Assembly: GCA_043228905.1 (NCBI GenBank)
Contig: JBHGNT010000002.1
Location: 868,001-932,000 of the forward strand
Source: Azolla caroliniana
Lineage: Eukaryota; Plantae; Polypodiophyta
Direction of reading: 5' to 3'
Length of the DNA: 64,000 bases
Shown: piece by piece, positions 24,293 through 35,019 of the stretch
Layout of the letters: each line of letters begins with the position of its first letter
Position numbering within the stretch: position 1 is the first letter of the stretch
Program-made: the position numbers and the translations under genes
The notes under the pieces: generated by a model
Told to the model about the DNA's origin: nothing
The model's database searches: none
Seen by the model: the letters and a program-made list of their open reading frames with translations, nothing else

Positions 24293-26547
24293 TAGGGCAA
24301 GTGATTGTTGGAATGGAGGTCATGGCAATTGACTTTTGATGGTCATGGAATATCCCATCAATTAATAATTCTTGCGCTATTTTGGGATACTTGTTCATAG
24401 TGGAGACATTAGCAAGAAAGAGGAGAGAGAAAATAAAACCAAAACTAAGTCATAAGGTGTGGAAGTGAAAACTTGGAATGTGCGTGGGATTTATTCTGGT
24501 AATTCTAAATGATTGGGATGTTTATTTGCACTTAAATATGTGGAACGTAGAAATGTTTGTTCCACGATTTGTGTTAAGGGGTATAGATTATTTACGCAAA
24601 TATCAATTAAGAGGAGAATGGAATGTCAGCCTGATTGTAGACATAGGTGTGATTTGTCACCATCTTGGTTATGACTACATGAAACTTTTAGGTTGGATTT
24701 GTTCAAAGATCGAGGATAAGTTCATGTGTTAGAAGTCATAAATTTAGCCATTTCAAGTCAAGTTGAAAGTGATTCGATCGACATTCGTATGGTTTCTTTT
24801 TATTTATATTTGTCACCATGATAAAAAAAGGTTATTAATGAGGATAAAGGAGGCATACCGATACTAGAATGGGATCACCTTATGCACCCCAAAGACACTT
24901 TGTGGGGCTGCTTTATTAAATTTGTATGAGCATATGGTGGCATGGAGACTTTTTGAACATCCTTGGGTAGTAATGGTAAAGTTCTTTATCAAGAAGGTGG
25001 CATCAAGTTAATGGATTCATCAAAGAAAATTGTCAATTATTGGTGGAATTTAGTTAATTCTAGTAAACAAGGTAAAGGTACAAGATCTGATAATTGATCA
25101 CTTGGTGGGTTCCTGGCAATGTTCTTTGGGGTTCAATTGATGGGGTCCTCGTTTAAATATTTGAAGAAAAGGATGTGGACAACATCAAGATTGTTGGCAT
25201 GGAAGGTACAAGATATTGATAATTGATTGTTAGGTGGTTTCTTGGCAAAGTTCTTTAGATTTCAGATGACAGAGTTCTCCTAAAAAGAGGGAAGGTGCCA
25301 AACCTTTGAATAAAGGATTGTTGACAACATCAAGATTGTTGGGATAGGAGGGTAAACATTTCCAAGTCTAAAGTTCGATGAGACGGCAAGATTTGGTTAA
25401 TTATTGTGTAAGACATCATGTTCAGGGCTCGTAGTAGATTGATGGCTTTTTGGACAATAAGGATGACATTCGTATTCCTAAAAATTAACAATGTGTTCAA
25501 GATAAGTGGTGACAAATGCCAAAATTTCAACTCCCAAATCCAAGCTTGATGGAATCTTCATTTGAGGACAATTGGGCATATATAAGGAGGTAAGAGGATT
25601 ATTAATATAATGACTTATGATTTCAATCACAATGTCATTAATAAGAATGTGTGGATGATGGATCGAGTGTTAAAAGTATGAGATTTTCAAAGGCGTCTTT
25701 TATGGTGGTGAGCCACAGTCAAAAGCAGCTAATCCTCTTATGATGAAGGTTGGGGATGCTTTGAGAAGGAGAAACATTTTTGTTGGGGACATGTTTTTCA
25801 TAGAGTTGTAGAAGAATATAGTTGACATCAAATTTTATCATGTCTAATACCGACATATATTTGGAAGCTTATAAACAAATTGTTTTTCTTTGACAAAGGT
25901 TTCTAAAGGACCTTTCCAATGGTCTTTGTTAAAAGTGGGTTCAAGAGTATTACCACCTTGTTTTCATCTTGTGTTTGATTATTGAGGTTTTGGAGGTTAT
26001 CACATGAGGAATGAGTTTTTGTTTGATGAACAATCTAGAATCAATAAGCACATTCCAAGGTTGAAATTATGGTTGGTCTTGCAGTTTTATTTGTTAGAAA
26101 AGTCATTTGTGTTGGACGAAGCACAATCACATTTGTTTAGCCACCATATTTGTCATTTATATTATCCCTTTGACTAGATACTTTGTTATGTGTTATGGTA
26201 TTGGTGGGATCATAAATATTGGTGCTCTATTCATATGGTAGTCTATTTTTATAGTTAATGCATTATTCGACAAGAGATAGATAGATAGATTCTATTATAG
26301 TATTCAGAGGTCAAATATGACCTATGAGACCAAAAATATTACATTTCACGTAATACATATGAAAGTGAGTAGTGACTCTTGACGTTCAAGAACTTCACCA
26401 ATGAATGTTGCAATCAAGAGTGCACATTGTGGTTGTGCGAGAAATTCGTGCAAGGATTGGGCTTCGTCGAATATGTGTGGGAAGCATGGTCGAATATGAT
26501 CAAAGGCAGAGTCAAAGTGTGATATTGAGACTTTGATACAATATTAC

Positions 26548-26550
<3 letters not shown>

Positions 26551-26614
<64 letters not shown>

Positions 26615-27530
26615 GGAATTTAGCGTCCATAGTGACCCATGAAACCTAAGTAAACAAGTTTTTCTGATGTGTGTCTCCTTCCTAAGGAAGGATATTCGCA
26701 CTTCGATGCACAGTTTCTCAATTTGGGAATAGGCATACACATATGAGCTCAATCTTCTAGGTGTTATCTTTAGTGAGACACTCGAGTCATCAATCCCTCT
26801 TAATATATCATCATAGCTTTCTAAGATTGCACTATAACATATATGTAGAGCATGTAGGTGATACTCATCCCCTACTACCCTTGCATACCTTACACATCTT
26901 TATATTTGGATGATTTAGATGTCATAATGCAACTTGAATACCTAGGTTGTATGATCAAGTGCAACGAAGTGTTATCTACCTTGAAAGTTTCTAATACCAT
27001 TGGGGTTTTTTAGGATAAAGATTATGTTGTACAGGAGCAAGTTGAGGAAGTATTGAAAGGTTCATAACCATGACTTGCGAGGGTTTGTTTCCGAATATAA
27101 GTACTTTGGTTGTTGTCTATGGATATGATACCTTGCATTGTATCTAAGGAATAGCTTACAATTAGTGGATTGTTTTCTCTATTTTGGATTTGTTTCCTCA
27201 ACCAGTGTCTTTCACAAGATGAGCTGGGGGGGGGGGGGACTTTGTATGTTGTAGCTGTTATGACCCTTTTTATACAACTAATGGAAGGATATTTGTTTTG
27301 GAAAAAAAAGGATGCTATGAAATGTTAGGGCTCGAGAAGAGTTAATACTCATGTTAGTAATGAGAGAGAGACTACAAGTTAGTGTCTTGAGGGGATTGCG
27401 TTGATGTTTGTTAGTTCTCGTGTAGAGTCTATGCTCCATATTCTCGTGTAGAGTGCAATGCCATTTGTCATTGATGCACTACCCCATGTTCTTAAAAGTA
27501 AAAAGAAGGCATGCATGGATATATAGCTAG
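26551..27530 (-). mobile_element. Second RTE-X/L2-like LINE fragment ending in a long (GA)n (26551-26611)
   Basis: 26660-26960 aligns by eye with 6030-6330 (tgtgtctccttcctaag...catacacatatgagctcaa.cttctaggtg...). It is more decayed than the first copy and its 5' boundary is approximate. Confidence 0.7.
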
Positions 27531-28110
27531 TCGATCTAGGCTTGCTTCTCATAACAATATATTTATACATAACTAAAATATACATATTAAGACAAACCAA
27601 AGCTCACTCTTCTAAAATAATAATAGACTAGCTCTTCGAGTGCAATGTTAATGATAGACAGTACCTCATATCAAATGTTCTGAGACCATTACATATTAGT
27701 GAACATACTCTCATGTTTTGAAAAATTTGCAAGGCAAGTGCCCTCAGGAAAATGCCAGTGTCTCGTTCCCATGGAAATAATGATTTCCTTTGTATACCAA
27801 GTATTTGTCTCAAAGATGAGATTTCCTTTGGGTGGGGTGATGGTTGGTTTGTGAATGGAAAAAGGGAAAACAGGGGATTCCTCTAGTTTTTCTTCTTCTT
27901 TTTTCCAAAAAAGAGGGATTCCTCTAGTTTTTTTGTTTACAGTTTTAGGAAACAGAACAAAAATGTAAAACTGTGGGTTTTTTTAACACTATAAAAAGGA
28001 CGAGAAACGGGGGGGGGCGGGGAAGAAGCTACATATATCAGCCACTGCTCTCCGCAAGGTTTCCTTTCACCTTCTATCAGAAATCCTTTCCTTTATATAT
28101 CAAATTGCCA

Positions 28111-28338
28111 ATGGACAGCTTAGATTTCTTCTTACCTGCAGATGAGCTGTGGATCCATATGAGCAACAAACAAAACCCCAAGCCTAACCAATCCATAGCC
28201 ACCGAGAAGATGACGCGGATGAGTGTGAGAAGCATTGTGGAAGGTCTAACGGAGAAGAAGAAGGAGAAGGATACTTTCACTGCATCAAGTGTAGCACTGC
28301 ATTTCTACCCCCTCATGGATGCCCCTGAGGTGCTGTAA
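28111..28338 (+). CDS. Candidate 75-aa small ORF of unknown function
   Basis: ATG 28111 to TAA 28338 (MDSLDFFLPADELWIH...PEVL*). Upstream are TATA-like CTATAAAA (~27989) and a pyrimidine-rich leader. I recognise no homology. Confidence 0.3.
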   Translation: MDSLDFFLPADELWIHMSNKQNPKPNQSIATEKMTRMSVRSIVEGLTEKKKEKDTFTASSVALHFYPLMDAPEVL

Positions 28339-28561
28339 TAGCTAGCACCTTGGGTCAATCAATACAACTAAACTCATTCCTCAATCAAAAAGTGTTGTGT
28401 GTATAACAACAGTTTGTTTGTATCGCGAAATTTCTTCCTCTTTAGTAAAATGATCGGCCGACTACGATCCCAAAGACTAGCTAACATAGAAAGGCAAACT
28501 TCTTCGTATATGTTTTGGACCACGAGTCCGGGGAGCTCCTAACCAGCAGCGAAAGTTGCAA

Positions 28562-28764
28562 AATCAATCCTTGTCTCGATTATCTCTATAATATGATGTT
28601 CGATTTGTAATGGTGTTTCTTGACCTCTTTGATTTATTGTTTGATTATGTGTGCCCATGTCATAATCAATCCATGTCTCGATTATCTCAATAATATGACC
28701 TTCAATTTGTAATGGTGTTTCTTGACCTCTTTGATTTTTGTTTGATTATGTGTGCCCATGCCAT
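28562..28764. repeat. Tandem duplication, 2 x ~102 bp
   Basis: aatcaatcc.tgtctcgattatctc...gattatgtgtgcccatg.cat occurs twice. Confidence 0.9.
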
Positions 28765-28911
28765 TACCGTCAACTTACATATATATTTACTTCCTCTTCA
28801 TTCCTTGGTGATTGAACTTGTACATGAGTGCTTTTGCCATCTTTTGGCATGTCCTTACCATTAATTTCGAGCTTTATGATATATATTTGAATAAAGGGTT
28901 TTTCTATGACA

Positions 28912-28943
<32 letters not shown>

Positions 28944-30233
28944 TCCGTTAGAAATGTCTTTGAGATCATCATTTTACCTTGGGAATATATGTACTTGGTA
29001 TCACCAAGCAATTACCTAATATCCTTCTTATTCATATATTAATATGATAAATTCATGATGAGTATGGATGCTTGCTTGTGCTTGCAACACGATATCTCAA
29101 AAGCAATATATGGCACATAATATACTTACAAAAGAGTAAATAGCGTACTTAATAACATTGATTAAGTCACCATCTTATCAATGTTGGTTTTAGTTCTTCT
29201 AGGTGGAAGGTTAATAGAAGTACTCTCTTAATATAAGCTTGGTTAGGTTTCTAATGATCCCAATTAATGCAATGCTCTTACTTTTCAACCGGTAATGAAC
29301 TCTCTTAATAGAAGCATGGTTAACATAGTTGTCAAATCAAGATATCTTACTTTCGAATCAAGATAATTGTCTAATTGGTCATTATAATATTAGAGTTACC
29401 TTGAGGTGGTGTGTATTATGATGTGATACTACATTGGTCATGCTCTCATTCCATGCAAGTTATGCCTATAGAGAGAATTAATGCTCTTGATGAGAAACCC
29501 TTTTTATTGCTTGATTATGTTTGAAGTTCATGGAGCATTTCCTTACTATCTTCATATACTACATGATATGTCCCTGTTGCAGTGAATTGTTATCTAATGT
29601 TAGAATATATACATCATTTTCATGCCACTCTCCACCAATTCATTTTGAATTGTTAATTTTCTAAAGCATATGATGAGAAAATTATCGACGCGTCCATTGC
29701 ACCAAATCCAAACTGTAGAAACTTGCGCATTCCTCTCAAATATACTCAAAATATTTAGTACAAACTATACATGTCAAGATATAAGAAAATACTAAATCCA
29801 GCCCACTTCCACCCATACAAATCAACGCGAGTTCAAAAATGTGAGCTAACAATATACATGATCACCTTGTTTCCCTGTACTGAAATCCCATACCACCCCA
29901 CACTCTCGTAGTAATATGTTTTATCTTCTAATAGTGAAAAAATCAAGCGGGGTTATGAGGTCATTATGTTCAAGTTGTTCTTTTAAATGAGTAACACATG
30001 AAACACAAAGTGACGGGTAATATGTTAAGAAATTGTAATGAGATATGTTGTTGTTATTGAAAATGGTCAATAATATTTGTGAAGAAACTAAAGTAAACTC
30101 TAATTATTTGCCAAAAACTAGGCACAATGGTTTGCAAAGTTTCAATTGGACCGTGAAGTCGAAACAAGGAGTGCGGACGGTAGGCAATCGGTGGGTGCAA
30201 TATGTAAGATGTAGAGTTATAGAGAAAAAAAGG

Positions 30234-30350
30234 TTTAGGGTTTAGGAATTAGGGTTTGAGTTTTGGTTTTGGTTTAGGGTTAGGGTTAGGGTTTAAGAAT
30301 TAGGGTTTAGTGTTTGTTTTGGGCTTAGGGTTTAGAGGGTAAAAGGGTTT
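30234..30350 (+). repeat. Degenerate interstitial telomere-like repeat (TTTAGGG/TTAGGG)
   Basis: tttagggtttagg...tttagggttagggttagggttt...ttagggtttag...ttagggtttag. Confidence 0.8.
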
Positions 30351-30849
30351 ACGATTAAGTGCAAGAGGGGATAAAGTGAAAAGAAACACCAAGAATAATT
30401 TGAGCACACCCAAATCATTTGACAAACTTGGTGTAAGTGAGGCATAATAAGAGATAGAGGAAGGGGAGAGAGAGAGAGAGAGAGAGAGAGAGACGAGGGA
30501 TTAATCACTAACATTAAAATTAGAAACAAGGTAAAACATAACCATAAGCTAAATAGTCTAGATTAGAAAGAGGGAGAGATTAAGAAGGAGACTAATTTTC
30601 ATTAAGAAAAAGGAAAAAATTACAATACGATGTGTAATGGTCATGAGCAAAAGAACTATCAAAAGAACTTTTTGCATATTTTGTAGAAAGTACAAAACAA
30701 GCCATTCTTTAACTCTGGCAAGTGTCATAGAAATTGAGGGTTTTGGTTCAAAGTCCTGCATCAATACAAAAGGGATAATACCCAACGATCGTGAATGCCT
30801 ATAGACTATAGTTATTTTTAGTGTAGAAGATAACAAACACAATCATGTC

Positions 30850-31840
30850 GATGTTAAACAAATGGCTGGCATACACTGGGCATCCCTGATGAGGTGCTCA
30901 TTACCTTTTGGAATGGGTCTCTGACGTCTCCACTTGCCGGAAAAGATAAAGTTTTTTTGGTGGCAAATCGGACATAATGTGGTTCCCGTTGGCGAATGGC
31001 TAGGTAAACGTGGCGGCCCATTAGGCTGCCCACTTTGCCATTCACCTATTGAGACTCTGAGGCATTGTCTGTGGGATTGCCCTCACGCTCAAAAGGTATG
31101 GGATAGAGTGACTCGCCTCCTTGCAGCATGTGAAGTGGAAGGAACAACATCGTGGAGTGTTGCGGCATGGCTTGATCACTCTGTTGATAGGTGGACAGAC
31201 GTCTTCAATGCGGATAGCTGGTGCTACGTATGGAGGAGAGGAAAAATCACCAAGATTCGATTTGAGAGAGGCTTGCAGTCCGCATCCCTTAGGTTCCCGG
31301 ACATTTGGATGCTGATCGCAGGCTTCACCTTGTGGTATGTATGGAAAGCATGTTGCTTAAAGGTCTTTCAGGATTTGGTGCGACCCTCGGAGGAAGTGAT
31401 CATGGACATGTGGTTTGCGCTTATTAGCTGCCTACGAGGGCAATTGGACGAGGTTTGCATCCATTCCTCTGACGTGGGTACTGCCCGTTTGCGCTTTTGG
31501 CAGATATGGCGGAACACGCCTATGGTGACACAAGGAGGAAGTGGCCCGATGTGGAACTACCAGCCCCCACGCTGGCTGTTTTCGGCTCACTTACCACCCT
31601 CCCTTCGTTGTCAACCCCAAGAGTTGTCGTGTACTAGCCATCACTGCAGGGCACCGTTTTAGTTGTAGGTACTTACATTAAGTAGTCAATCCGAAAGGCG
31701 ATGTAACTAGTCTCAAATTCTTGAACTTGATCGGAGGGAGATTCCCTGATCTATGTTTAAGCCTCCTTGTACAGTCTCTTTGTAATAATCCTACCTAACT
31801 AATGGGAAAGTAGCTTCATTTTGGAAAAAAAAATAAAAAA
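30850..31840 (+). mobile_element. 5'-truncated L1-like LINE (zf-RVT) with poly(A) tail
   Basis: ORF 30934..31662 contains KIKFFWWQIGHNVVPVGEW..CPLCHSPIETLRHCLWDCP..LWYVWKA. A-tail 31825-31840. Same family as 23340-24292. Confidence 0.85.
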
Positions 31841-32259
31841 TCACACATGTCAAGCGTCTCTTCGATTGTTTGATTTGTGTATTTGCTATCCATATCGATC
31901 TGAAGATTATTTATATATAACACGCACAATTATCTTTTCAATTTATTTGAAAGTTACCATTCATCATAAATATTCGTCAAATTTGGGATCTCAACCATCA
32001 ACAAATTCCTCAAACAAACCCTATAATTTATGTTGCCCACAAAGGTATCACTCCTAACAATAGTTTTAGCATGTATTAATTATATTCTTGAGTCTTGTTG
32101 TTAAGAATCATAATTTTAGTAGGAAGGAATCGAACTCATGTAAAGGCATCCATCCTAATCAATATGGTTGTATACCACAACGATAGATAACTAACAACAG
32201 TACAAATTCTTATTTTGTTATGGAGCACGCAAATACACAAATCACTACATGACAACATA

Positions 32260-32530
32260 AGGGGATACCAAGAAAGCATCCATCGAAGGGAGTTTGTGGA
32301 AGCAATATTTCTCAAAATGGGTTTTGATCCTAACATGTCAAAGTGATTTGCTCATTGTATATTGGATAGAAAAATCACTAATATTATATCATCAATAAGG
32401 CAAGGTTGTCCTAATAGTGCATTATTGTACCCAATTAGCACTCATCCATTTTATTATACATGGACAATCTTGTAACTATTTGATCAATTACATGGGTTGA
32501 AGCTATTCAATGTGATGGATTTTTTGTCTT
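32260..32530 (+). mobile_element. Decayed LINE reverse-transcriptase fragment
   Basis: FVEAIFLKMGF...SIRQGCPNSALLY (32392 onward) resembles the L1 RT motif IRQGCPLSPLLF. Confidence 0.6.
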
Positions 32531-34080
32531 ACAGTTAGACATTCGTTGAAATTTTGAAGCACTTGATACACTCCTTAGTCCACTTAAACTCAAGGGACCC
32601 ATAGAGGGGTTCGTGGGCTTTCTCGACGAACACTGACATGACGATAATAATGATGACTTTTTTGGAAAATTGTTCATAGTAGCATGAGGTGCTCATCCCA
32701 TGTACGGTTATAACTTATAACATAAGTCGTCGACATTTTAGTCTACTCCATTTCTAAGGTTGGTTGCGAATTTATTGTTTGCCCCTCTTTGGTACATGCT
32801 TAATGCACTCCTAAGACCAAAAGACGTTGTGCATAAGTAAAAGTACCAAGTTTTGTGGTGAAGTTTGGCTTATGTTGGTTCTTCAGATCAACCATTTCTG
32901 GTTGTGGTTAGAGAAACCATAAATAAATTTATAAGCTTCCTTTTTCTCTATTCTTTGCAAACTTGAAGTTAAAAAACCTAGAAAGAGGAGATGTGGGTGT
33001 GAGTAAGTTTAAATCTTACCATGAAACCTTGGGACTAGATGCCTTGGTAAGCCTTCAGGGAAACCAAACAAATTCCAATAATATGGGGGTGCAACACTTG
33101 ATTGATCACCACAATGGCAAAGACATTTGGCTATTGTAACTTCCATGTTAGTCGAACAACAAGGACACCATACATTGGAGTGATTGTTGCCATATTGATG
33201 GTGCTACAATGACTTGTCCTCATGTGAAAATTTGTGAACACACGTCATGGTCACAATTGTTAATGTGTGAGTTATGCTCATTGATTCTCTCTTGGAGGCT
33301 TACATTTCAACCAATATTGATGTGAGGAAAGTAGATGTATAATTGCATATATCTAACTAATGGTTTATTTCCCCACCCCTAAAGGGACTGGTATTTGGTA
33401 TACCGTATACTTGTCCACGTTGCATAATCAGTCGAATGAGCAAGCCTTACCTTGCCACCTCCTAAGCAAGATGCACCCCCTATGCCACCCCTCGCAATAC
33501 TACAATGATTGAGTTTGATACAACAAGAGTTATGGCTCATATGTTTCTAGATGAGCAGATATGGGTGTAACTCTATGGGTGTAGCGAGGGATCCACCTTG
33601 GAATAGCTTTTAATGTTGCCTTTTGTCCGTTCGGTTGTTAACCTAAAAGTTAATCCAACTACTATATTAAAGGCACCTTCTCTTTTGTTTATCACACTTG
33701 TGAGGTTAGTCGGCACTTGTTCACATGAACAAGGTTTGAGGTAGTGTTCACATCGAGAGTAAATTTGAGGTCAATGTATGCTTTGAATCGTATATTCACA
33801 TGAGTTAGAAGAGTACATTAGCAAATATAACTTGGAACATTTTTTTGCACTCCACACCTTGGGAACTCCTATTAATTGAGTCGACAAAAATGTAAATGAA
33901 ATGGTAAGTATGATTGTAAGTTGTTGCTTCAAATCCTAAAGAAGATAAAGAGAACTCAATCAAGAGAGAAAGTAGAGAAATTGAGGACTTTTTTGCCTCA
34001 CAAAAGGACAAATAACGTGAAAACTTCCATTTGTGTAAATTGTAGATAATGTTAACATCAAGAACTCCAAGTGGAGTGAA

Positions 34081-34561
34081 CAAGGCCTCAAATAACATGA
34101 ACACAAAGTTTAAATAGAGTCGTATACCCCACATTGTTGTTGTCGTCAATTATGACTCTCTCTCAGAGTTTCTATGTTAAAATTTGAAGTACAAATAACT
34201 TGAATGGTGATAATATTTTCTTAAGTTTAGAATGGTTCCAAGGCCTCAATAATATAAACACAAAGTTTGAATAGGTAACACATATACCTCACATTGTTGT
34301 TGTAGTCAATTATGACTCTCTCATAGTTTCCATGTTAAAATTTGAAGTACAAATAACTCGAATGGTGATAAAATTTCCTTAGATTTAGAATGGTTCCAAG
34401 GCCTCAAATAACATAAACACAAAGTTTGAATAGGTAACACATATACCCCACATTTTTGTTGTAGTCAATTATGACTCTCTCTCTTAGCTTCCACATTAAA
34501 ATTTCAAGCACAAATAACTTGAATGGTAATAAAATCTTCTTCAATTTAGAATGGTTCCAAG
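34081..34561. repeat. Tandem repeat, 3 x ~160 bp
   Basis: Units begin CAAGGCCTCAA at 34081, 34239 and 34397 and end ...TTTAGAATGGTTC. Confidence 0.92.
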
Positions 34562-35019
34562 ATTTGCACCCCTGTTTTGGTTCTTGCATGGGGTGTAAAT
34601 GTCCAAAAAAGTACATAATATGCATATACCGTTTGATGGTCTAGTGCTTGCACAAAAGTCATGGGTTCAAGTCCAAAGCAACGGATTGGATTTTGGTTAT
34701 AGCTTTATTCATTATAAAAATAAAAACAGTAGTACCCAATGCTTTTTTGTACATGGTGTGTCTATAATAATAATAATAATAATAAGAGGAAGGGTAGCGC
34801 CACATTATGTGTGAATAGAGTTTGGAAACAAAAGAATTACATAGTCAGAGTTTAAAAAATAAAATAAAATATGTAAATAAATAGATACGACTTGTGGTGA
34901 CTAGTCAATACAGGGCACATGAAGTCACTGCAATGTCACCACCACCACACCAGAAGGATGGAATGAAATGTGACATGAGGTTCCATGATGGAATAATGGG
35001 GTCATTGGACATTCATATA

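Larger units (their letters stand above)
12971..26250 (+). mobile_element. Decayed MULE-like DNA transposon hosting nested insertions
   Basis: After removing the inserts, plus-strand fragments fall in family order: CCQGCHATS and VCHANLGKLHH (22650-22790), GLGSDLLSMEK (~23250), TWNVRGIYSGNSK...VERRNVC (~24470-24560), SWIM-like HICHLYYPF (~26150). Candidate left terminus 12971-13070. The ends are approximate. Confidence 0.5.

Noticed and set aside
27790-27830. Right-hand TIR of the MULE-like host
   Set aside because: Only TTGTCTCA matches the expected reverse complement, which is too weak.
30840-31846. TSDs for the L1 fragments
   Set aside because: Only a short AATCA match next to A-rich sequence, not distinguishable from chance. 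The same applies to the 23340-24292 copy.
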